In this document: one piece after another, positions 57,604 through 64,000 of the stretch
Position numbering within the stretch: the first letter of the stretch is position 1
Layout: every line of letters starts with the position of its first letter
Assembly: GCA_047601445.1 (NCBI GenBank)
Contig: JASGJH010000001.1
Location: 9,376,001-9,440,000, forward strand
Origin: Myxococcales bacterium
Lineage (GTDB): Bacteria > Myxococcota_A > Polyangia > Polyangiales > DASUME01
Length of the DNA: 64,000 bases
Direction of reading: 5' to 3'
Notes under the pieces: generated by a model
Databases searched by the model: none
Seen by the model: only the letters and a program-made list of their open reading frames with translations
What the model was told of the DNA's origin: nothing
Translations under genes and position numbers: made by a program

Positions 57604-58896
57604 TCACCCACGCAGCCGCCACAACGCCACCAGACTCGGCAAAAAGCCATACACCAAGCTCACCACCAACACGAGGCATGCCGCCGCGTGCAGTCCCCCC
57701 AGCGCCGCACCGAAGGCCAACACCAGCACGAACGCAAGCGCGTAGCGCCGCGCGCTGCGCGAGGTGAGGGCGCGCCCGAGATGACGATGCTGCACGTCGA
57801 AGCTCACCATCGCAGCGCAGGCAAGTCCCACCAGAAAGCCCACTGCGAGCGGGCTGTCTGGCAGGACGAGTAGGGTGGAGATGGTGATCAGGCCGCCGAC
57901 CGTGCTGGGCACGCCGCGAAAGAAGTTTGGGTCGCTGTTGGCCTTGTTGAGGGTGAAGTACGTGAGTCGCGTGATCACGAACAGCGTGAACGCGAGGCCT
58001 ACGCAGACGCCTTCGCCTCCGCCGATGGCTGCATACAAGGCGTAGCCGGGGGCCACGCCATAGCTCACCGCGTCCGCGAGGTCGTCCATGTAGACGCCCC
58101 ATGCACTGCCTCCCCAGCGACGCGCGGCCGCGCCATCGAGTCCGTCGAGGGCAGCACCGAGGGCCAAGAGAAAGAGGCAGGGTATGAACTCGCCGCGCGC
58201 CGAGAACCCGAGTGAGAACACGCCGCAGGCCAAGTTCGACAGGGACAACATGTCTGCCACGCGCTGGCGGCGCAGCACACCGAGTCGACGCAAGACGATG
58301 GCAAACGAGATCGCGGCATTGAGCCACAACATCTTGGCCACCAACTCCGCGCTAAATAGCTGCGGAGCCCAGTTCTGACTCAGCAAGAGGAGCGCGAACA
58401 GGCTCGCGTAGCTGGCCGTGGTGCGCAGGCGATTGTGGGTGCTGCCGCGGCCGAGCGCGAAGAGGATCAACAGCAGCGCGTCCATGGCGAGCTTGAGTAC
58501 CAGGGGCAGCGCCGGCAGCTCGCGCGCCGTGAGGGCCGACAGGCTGATCAGCACAGGCGCGTCCGTGAGGCGATCGAGGACGCGACCGAGTCTGCTCTCG
58601 AGGCCCTGTTCACGGGCCACGAGGCCGTCGAGATAGTCGAGCACCGCAAACACGATGAACAGCGAAGGCAGTCCCCAGGCGCGAGCGAGTGCCGAGCCCG
58701 CGTGCGGATGAACCAGGGCCCACAGCATCGGCAGCGCGACCACCAGCTTGAAGCACGACAGCGCGTGCGGGTGCAGCTTCACGCCCATGCCCAGGGCGCG
58801 CTCCAGATCGCGCCAGGTGGTCGGCTGGAAGGGCCGCGCAAGGGTGGATGTCAGGCGGCTCGCACTCGAAGACGGCAGAAACGGCGTGGATCCCAT
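57604..58896 (-). CDS. Tandem CDP-alcohol phosphatidyltransferase (two catalytic domains)
   Basis: Two copies of DxxDGxxAR...G...D...D: DYLDGLVAR...GRVLDRLTD and DGLDGAAAR...GVYMDDLAD. Confidence 0.88.
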   Translation of the reverse strand: MGSTPFLPSSSASRLTSTLARPFQPTTWRDLERALGMGVKLHPHALSCFKLVVALPMLWALVHPHAGSALARAWGLPSLFIVFAVLDYLDGLVAREQGLESRLGRVLDRLTDAPVLISLSALTARELPALPLVLKLAMDALLLILFALGRGSTHNRLRTTASYASLFALLLLSQNWAPQLFSAELVAKMLWLNAAISFAIVLRRLGVLRRQRVADMLSLSNLACGVFSLGFSARGEFIPCLFLLALGAALDGLDGAAARRWGGSAWGVYMDDLADAVSYGVAPGYALYAAIGGGEGVCVGLAFTLFVITRLTYFTLNKANSDPNFFRGVPSTVGGLITISTLLVLPDSPLAVGFLVGLACAAMVSFDVQHRHLGRALTSRSARRYALAFVLVLAFGAALGGLHAAACLVLVVSLVYGFLPSLVALWRLRG

Positions 58897-58910
58897 GGGC
58901 GTGCTCGTTG

Positions 58911-58926
58911 TGCAGCGCCCATGCCA
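58911..58926 (-). promoter_or_regulatory. Putative sigma-54 promoter
   Basis: Minus strand TGGCATGGGCGCTGCA (GG-N10-GC) just upstream of 58896. Confidence 0.5.
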
Positions 58927-59031
58927 GCCAAGAACATCAGTAGTTCCGAGCGCGCCTCGGGGTGATGGAACCTTCGCGACGCACTCAGCTGCGAAGCGGA
59001 CGACGCACTTCGGCGGCTCGCGCAGCGGCTA

Positions 59032-59071
59032 CACGATGTCGTACTTGTGGTCACCAGTGCCGGAGCCGGCG
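59032..59071 (-). repeat. 40-bp imperfect direct repeat of 60972-61011 (remnant of a cytochrome paralog)
   Basis: 36/40 identity; encodes AGSGTGDHKYDIV versus AGSGTGGHKYDIV in the intact gene. Confidence 0.85.
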
Positions 59072-59072
59072 A

Positions 59073-60512
59073 TCAGCGCGTCCCGAGCGAGGCCGCGCCG
59101 GGGCCAGTGCTCGTAGGAATGGCCTCGATGCTCGGCGTCTCCAACTCGGCTTCCAGCTGATATGCGATCTCGAGCAGCGTGCGCTCGGCACCATGGGTGG
59201 CCGAGAAGTGCACGCCGATCGGCACGCCGGCGCGCGAGATGCCCGCGGGCACCGCAATCGCAGGGCTGCCGGTGGCGTTGTTGAGGGGCGTGAACGCGAT
59301 GTATTGCAGGATGCGATCGAATAGATCTTCGAAGGGAACCTGCGGGCTGAAGAAGCCGAGCGGTGGCACGGCGCTTCCCACTACGGGCGAGAGCACGAGG
59401 TCGTGCTGGAAGTTGCGTCGGTACATGAGCGACGATGCCTGCAGACGCGTCAGCGCCAAGGGGAGGCGCCACGCGTTGCGGGCGAAGAAGCGCGACAGAC
59501 CCTGGGTGAGTCCGTCGAGTCGTGCCGGGTCGAGCGGCCCAACCAACTGTCGTCCGAAGCGCTGGATGGAGAACGCCAGCATGCCCCAGTAGAGCTTGAA
59601 GTCTTCGATAAAGAACTCGGGTACGGGCGGCACCATGGGTTCGACCGTGTGACCGAGCGACTCGAGGACCCGCGCCACATGCTCCACCACGGCACGCGTT
59701 TCGTCGCAGCTGCGATGGCCACCGATGGAGTCCAACACCAAGCCGATGCGGAGCCGCTTGCCGCTGGGCCCAGCCACGAGCCCGACCGGGGGTAGCTTGG
59801 GATGTCGGTAGTGCTGCTCGGCTGCCGCGAGGAAATGCGCCGTGTCGCGTACGCTGCGAGTGAGGACCCCATCACTGATGATCTTCACGGGCAAGCGGCT
59901 CGCTTGATCGCCCTCTTTCAAACGTCCGCGCGTGGGCTTCAGGCCAACCAGTCCGTTGCACGACGCTGGGATGCGTATGGACCCACCGCCATCATTGCCG
60001 TGGGCGATCGGGACCACGCCGGCTGCGACCAAGGCCGCGGCCCCGCCCGAGGAGCCTCCGGCAGAATGCGCGGGATTCCAGGGATTGCGCGTGGGGACCG
60101 CGCCCTCGTACTCCGTGCTCGGGCTGAAGCCGAACTCGGGCAAGCGCGACTTGCCGACGACCGCGAATCCCTGCGCCAACAGCTGCTGCGTGACGGCGCT
60201 GTGCCTGCGAGCGATTCGCGGCTGCAGCGCATTGCAGCCGTAGCCGGTGGGCATGCCAGCGACGTCCTCGGTGTCCTTGATGAAGAGCGGCAGCCCAGCG
60301 AACGCACCAAGGTTCGAGGACTCTCGCACGGGCTGCTCGAATGCTGCGTGCGCGGTGGCGTTCAGCTCGGGATTGACGCGTGCCGCGCGCGCCGCAGCGG
60401 CAGCGACCAACTCCTGGCTGGAAAGTTCGCCACGCCGCAGGAGTTCTGCGAGCGCGACGCCGTCATGGCGTCCGAGCGCGTCGTCGCCAAACGCATGAAC
60501 ACGGGTAGTCAT
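59073..60512 (-). CDS. Amidase-signature family amidase
   Basis: GLPLFIKD, TRNPWN, AGGSSGGAAA, GNDGGGSIRIPASCNGLVGLKPTRGR. Confidence 0.95.
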   Translation of the reverse strand: MTTRVHAFGDDALGRHDGVALAELLRRGELSSQELVAAAAARAARVNPELNATAHAAFEQPVRESSNLGAFAGLPLFIKDTEDVAGMPTGYGCNALQPRIARRHSAVTQQLLAQGFAVVGKSRLPEFGFSPSTEYEGAVPTRNPWNPAHSAGGSSGGAAALVAAGVVPIAHGNDGGGSIRIPASCNGLVGLKPTRGRLKEGDQASRLPVKIISDGVLTRSVRDTAHFLAAAEQHYRHPKLPPVGLVAGPSGKRLRIGLVLDSIGGHRSCDETRAVVEHVARVLESLGHTVEPMVPPVPEFFIEDFKLYWGMLAFSIQRFGRQLVGPLDPARLDGLTQGLSRFFARNAWRLPLALTRLQASSLMYRRNFQHDLVLSPVVGSAVPPLGFFSPQVPFEDLFDRILQYIAFTPLNNATGSPAIAVPAGISRAGVPIGVHFSATHGAERTLLEIAYQLEAELETPSIEAIPTSTGPGAASLGTR

Positions 60513-60705
60513 CTCATTCTCCAGAGCTCACGTGGTTATCTCACTCCAAGCACCAAGGAGGGCTGGATGCGCGGAAAACGCGTCCTCCATTCGTAGGGTT
60601 ATCGCGTCGTAGGGTCCAGACTCCAGGACTGACCGGAAGTGCCGCAGCTCTAACGCTAGACGCCAGGCTCTCGGTCGGACTGCTCACGCGAACCTCATGC
60701 CCAGC

Positions 60706-60751
60706 GCAAAAATGCGCGAAGGCGGCTGGATTGCTCCGGCAGCCTTCGCGC
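60706..60751 (-). terminator. Putative intrinsic terminator of the beta-helix/cytochrome operon
   Basis: Stem GCGCGAAGGC...GCCTTCGCGC (60714-60751) followed on the minus strand by ATTTTTG. Confidence 0.6.
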
Positions 60752-60800
60752 GTCCTGGGCTCGCGGCAAACTGCGAGCAGCTGCCACGCGATCCGCGCTC

Positions 60801-62060
60801 TCAGTACGGGTCGGCGCACGGCGGGGTCGCCGCCGGCATCGCGTCGATCCACGCGGTGATGAGCTCGACGCCTCGCCTGTGCTCGAGCGAGCGTCCGAGC
60901 AGGGGCATCATCGCGCCCGGGTCGGTGGTGTGGATGCGGAACTTCAGAATCGAGAGGTCCGAGTTCTGCGGCACGATGTCGTACTTGTGGCCGCCGGTAC
61001 CGGAGCCGGCGCTTCCCGGCTGCTTGCAGACGCCGAGATTGAAGAGGGAGGTGTTGTCGTGGTTCAGGAAGAGCTGCGAGGTCTCGCCCTGGACTCCGTT
61101 GGGGTTGTGGCAGTGCGCGCAGTTGATGTCGAGGTAGTCGCGCGCCGCCTTCTCGACGTCGCCGGCCGGAATCGCGGCGACGCCGCCCGCTTCGATCGAT
61201 CGAAAATCATAGGCCGGCGTGATCGTCGAGAGGTCCGGTAGGTTCGTGAGAAAGCCCTCGTCAGCCATGCGCGTGAGCTGGTTCTGCGGCCCGATCGTCC
61301 CGCCGTAGTCGTAGACGCGATCGAGATGGCGGGCCTTGATGCCGAGCAGCGTCATGACGGGAGCGCTCAGTGGATCCGGAGTAGGCCGGCGCGCGTGACA
61401 GCTCGAGCACTGGTTCTTCTGCGGAATGAGGTAGTTCGCCGTGGCCGACGAGCCGTCGGAGTCGATGAACGAGATTTGCCGAACTTCTCCGGCGGGCGTG
61501 TACGTCGCGTCGGTCTGGTCGGCGTTCCAGATGTAGGGAAAGCCTTGCCAGCCGCTGTCGAAGCGGACGAGCAAACGCGTCTCGATGAGTCGGACGTTCT
61601 GGGTCGGCGCCCGCATGTCCGCCGGTATGGCGAAGTTCTTGATCACCACGGTGCCGACGGGGAAGTCGAAGGCGAGTTCCGGATCGAAGGTACCGCCTCC
61701 GCTTCCAGCCGGCACGTAGATGGCACGGTTCTTCACCGCGTAGTCCGAGAACAGCGCAGTGTTGGGTTCGTACGGGAGAATCCCGTCGTGGTAGGTAAAG
61801 GTCGCCGTCGCCGGGTCCCACTTGAAGAAGTTGAACCCCGACAGCTGGGTGGGCAGCGTCTGAGTCAGGTCGACCTTAGTCGGCTTGCTCAAGTCGACGC
61901 CGACGACGCCGCTGTCGACAGCCGCATCGATCTCCGCACCCGCGTCCACGTCCGCGCCCGCACCGGCATCTCCGTTCGAGGCCCCATCGCTGCCGCAGCC
62001 TGCTCCCAAGAGCAGGAGAAGCCCGGCGACCAGACACGAACGCGAGTACGACTTCAGCAT
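60801..62060 (-). CDS. Diheme c-type cytochrome lipoprotein (SO2930-like family)
   Basis: GAGC lipobox, LFSDYAVKNR, FPVGTVVIKNF, IETRLL, two CxxCH motifs (CSSCH, CAHCH), MMPLLGRS. Confidence 0.88.
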   Translation of the reverse strand: MLKSYSRSCLVAGLLLLLGAGCGSDGASNGDAGAGADVDAGAEIDAAVDSGVVGVDLSKPTKVDLTQTLPTQLSGFNFFKWDPATATFTYHDGILPYEPNTALFSDYAVKNRAIYVPAGSGGGTFDPELAFDFPVGTVVIKNFAIPADMRAPTQNVRLIETRLLVRFDSGWQGFPYIWNADQTDATYTPAGEVRQISFIDSDGSSATANYLIPQKNQCSSCHARRPTPDPLSAPVMTLLGIKARHLDRVYDYGGTIGPQNQLTRMADEGFLTNLPDLSTITPAYDFRSIEAGGVAAIPAGDVEKAARDYLDINCAHCHNPNGVQGETSQLFLNHDNTSLFNLGVCKQPGSAGSGTGGHKYDIVPQNSDLSILKFRIHTTDPGAMMPLLGRSLEHRRGVELITAWIDAMPAATPPCADPY

Positions 62061-62064
62061 CGGA

Positions 62065-63540
62065 TCACATTCCGTTCCAGAGGACGACGGGATTCGCCGC
62101 GAGCGACGGCGGGGTCACGCAGTCGAACTGCCCACCGACCACGGGCGGCGTCGCGCTGTCGAACGGGTGCGCGGGGAAGATCTTGACCGGCTGACCGGGG
62201 CCCTTCTCGTCCTGCTCCGCGAAGTTCAGGCTCGCGAAGGAGCTGTTCTCCGGCTGGCCACCCGCACAGATGTTGTTGTCGTTGGTCGTGAGGTCGGTCT
62301 CGCCGATGGTGTCGTAGATGACGTTGCTGACCGGATCGCTTCCATAGAGCAGCTTGAGCAGAAGGCCGACCTGCAGCGGGTTGTTGAGGTCCGGATTCGT
62401 GCCCGAGCCGCTGTGCGTGTTGCCGCTGATCTGGATTTGCTCGCTGCGGAAGTTGGAGAGCTTCGTGGTGTCGGGCGAGCCGTCCGCGTTGAAGCCAGGC
62501 AGCAGGTTCAGGTCCGTGTAGTTGCCGTTGATCATGCCCGGCGTGAGGTTCCACTTGGACTGATCGGACTGGATCACGAGACCGCTCACGATGGCGATGT
62601 CGCCCGTGTTGTTGTTCTCGTACTTGTTGTTCGAGATCTCTACACGGCGCGAGGCCATCGCGAAGGTGCCGGTGCCGACGGGCACGCTGTTCACGGTGCC
62701 GCCCGGGGCCGCGAAGTTCACGCCGTTGTTGTCGTGGACGTGGTTGTCATGGACCTTGATGTCGCGTCCGATGATCGGATTGCCAGGCAGGTCGAAGATC
62801 ACCAGACCGCCGGTGTTGCCGTACACGTTGTTGCCGTACACGTCCGCGTATTCCGTGTTCTCGATCTCGAGGCCCGCGACGTTGCCGGTCACCTCGTTGT
62901 TGCGGACGATCACGTTTTGGCACTGGCCGACGTACAGGCCCGCGTCGGACGCCCTCTCGGCGAAGCTGTCCTCGACGAGCACGTGCGCCGACTTCACGGG
63001 GTAGATGCCGTACGCGCCGTTGGCCGTCCGCGCCGCGGTGTCCCACGTGGCCTTGATGCGGCGGAAGGTCACGCCGTCGCTCGCCTCGACGCGAATGCCG
63101 TCCTTGATCGAGTTCGCGACGGTGAAGTCCTGGATCAGGAAGTCGTTGGTGTTCAGCGCGGCGATACCGTTGACCTGCGCCGTCGTTCCCTTCCAGTTCA
63201 GGATCGTCTGATCCTTGCCCTGGCCGAGCAGATGGATGTGCGCGAGGTTCTGGATATTGACCTCGTTGGTCATCATGTACGTGCCCTGCGCGAGCACGAT
63301 CGTGGTGTCGGCCTCCAACGTGTTCGTCGCATTGAGGAGCGCGGTCGCGTCTCCCGCAGGGATCTCGGTGCAGTGCGCAGACTTGATGTCGGCGTCTCCG
63401 CACTTGTGCATCGGATAGTTGGGATCGCCACCGCCGGCGTCAGCGCCAGCGTCGGCCCCGTCGGGAGTCTCGTCGTCGTTACTGCAGGCGACCGTGAGAA
63501 GCCCGCTCATGGCCATGATCAGCAATCCATTCAACTTCAT
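62065..63540 (-). CDS. Parallel beta-helix repeat lipoprotein
   Basis: MKLNGLLIMAMSGLLTVAC; NGAYGIYPV, ASDAGLYVGQ, NVAGLEIEN, NTGGLVIFDLP; directly upstream of the cytochrome gene. Confidence 0.9.
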   Translation of the reverse strand: MKLNGLLIMAMSGLLTVACSNDDETPDGADAGADAGGGDPNYPMHKCGDADIKSAHCTEIPAGDATALLNATNTLEADTTIVLAQGTYMMTNEVNIQNLAHIHLLGQGKDQTILNWKGTTAQVNGIAALNTNDFLIQDFTVANSIKDGIRVEASDGVTFRRIKATWDTAARTANGAYGIYPVKSAHVLVEDSFAERASDAGLYVGQCQNVIVRNNEVTGNVAGLEIENTEYADVYGNNVYGNTGGLVIFDLPGNPIIGRDIKVHDNHVHDNNGVNFAAPGGTVNSVPVGTGTFAMASRRVEISNNKYENNNTGDIAIVSGLVIQSDQSKWNLTPGMINGNYTDLNLLPGFNADGSPDTTKLSNFRSEQIQISGNTHSGSGTNPDLNNPLQVGLLLKLLYGSDPVSNVIYDTIGETDLTTNDNNICAGGQPENSSFASLNFAEQDEKGPGQPVKIFPAHPFDSATPPVVGGQFDCVTPPSLAANPVVLWNGM

Positions 63541-63591
63541 TGCAATTACCCGGGGGTGTTTGGGGGAGAAGGGCGCCGAAAGAACTGGGCG

Positions 63592-63624
63592 CATACCGTT
63601 GGTATGGATCATACTGCCGGAATG
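63592..63624. promoter_or_regulatory. Tandem palindromic operator-like sites CATAC-N5-GWATG
   Basis: CATACCGTTGGTATG (63592-63606) and CATACTGCCGGAATG (63610-63624), between the divergent operon and the TetR gene. Confidence 0.65.
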
Positions 63625-64000
63625 TTGGGCGATGGCAAGAAACCACTTCGACGAGATCAGCACTCGGAGGACACCCGTCGCGCGATTCTGGAAGCAGCGC
63701 GAAAAGCGTTTGCTGAGAAGGGGTACGCGGAAACCTCCTTGGAGGACATCGTCGCACCCGCACGCCTGACGAAGGGTGCGCTCTACCACCACTTCCAGAG
63801 CAAAGCGGCCGTGCTCGAGGCTCTCTACGTCGAGATGGAGGAACAACTCGTCACTCACGTTCAGGCGCGCATGGCGAACGCGAGCGACGACTCTGTGTCG
63901 CGCATCGAGGCAGCGCTCGATGCCTTCCTCGACGCCTCGTCAGAGCCGGCCTACGTGCGCATCGTCCTTCGCGACGCCCCGAACGTGCTCGGTCAAACGC
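63622..64000 (+). CDS. TetR family regulator (3' end runs off the window)
   Basis: Not in the ORF track. From ATG 63622: MLGDGKKPLRRDQHSEDTRRAILEAARKAFAEKGYAETSLEDIVAPARLTKGALYHHFQSK. Confidence 0.9.
   Translation, partial: MLGDGKKPLRRDQHSEDTRRAILEAARKAFAEKGYAETSLEDIVAPARLTKGALYHHFQSKAAVLEALYVEMEEQLVTHVQARMANASDDSVSRIEAALDAFLDASSEPAYVRIVLRDAPNVLGQT

Noticed and set aside
59032..61011. The 40-bp repeat pair as a DGR TR/VR pair
   Set aside because: Too short, mismatches are mostly synonymous and not consistently at adenines of one copy, and there is no RT.
63632..63660. Apparent frameshift at the TetR 5' end (ATG 63632 is out of frame)
   Set aside because: An in-frame ATG at 63622 gives an intact N-terminus, so no frameshift is needed.
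63541..63858. N-terminal extension of the 597-aa ORF
   Set aside because: Antisense to the TetR gene; the signal peptide begins at 63540.

Overview
GC-rich bacterial window that looks myxobacterial: a MYXO-CTERM-type sorting tail, an FHA-domain sigma-54 activator, many lipoproteins with D/A/G-rich linkers, and an ECF sigma/FecR-TPR cassette. It is accessory-type DNA with about 55 CDSs: regulators, secreted hydrolases and peptidases, a class I terpene synthase, and a beta-helix plus diheme cytochrome pair. I saw no rRNA, tRNA or CRISPR array. The most unusual element is an IS5-family element (about 1946-3340, inverted ends, TA/CTAG target) carrying a passenger gene after its frameshifted transposase. 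The passenger encodes a four-helix-bundle protein of the 23S rRNA-IVS/Avd-like family and sits inside a 45-bp inverted repeat (44/45 match) built from phased 6-nt CGT/ACG units. Other signals read from the DNA: a shared TGATC(A/C)-N17-(C/T)GAC(T/C) ECF-type promoter at three genes; paired GCGCA-N5-TGCGC boxes with sigma-54 promoters at two loci; divergent ECF41-type promoters; a 40-bp paralog scar beside an amidase gene; and three single-A frameshifts that may be sequencing artefacts. All family calls come from motifs recognised by eye; no database search was run.
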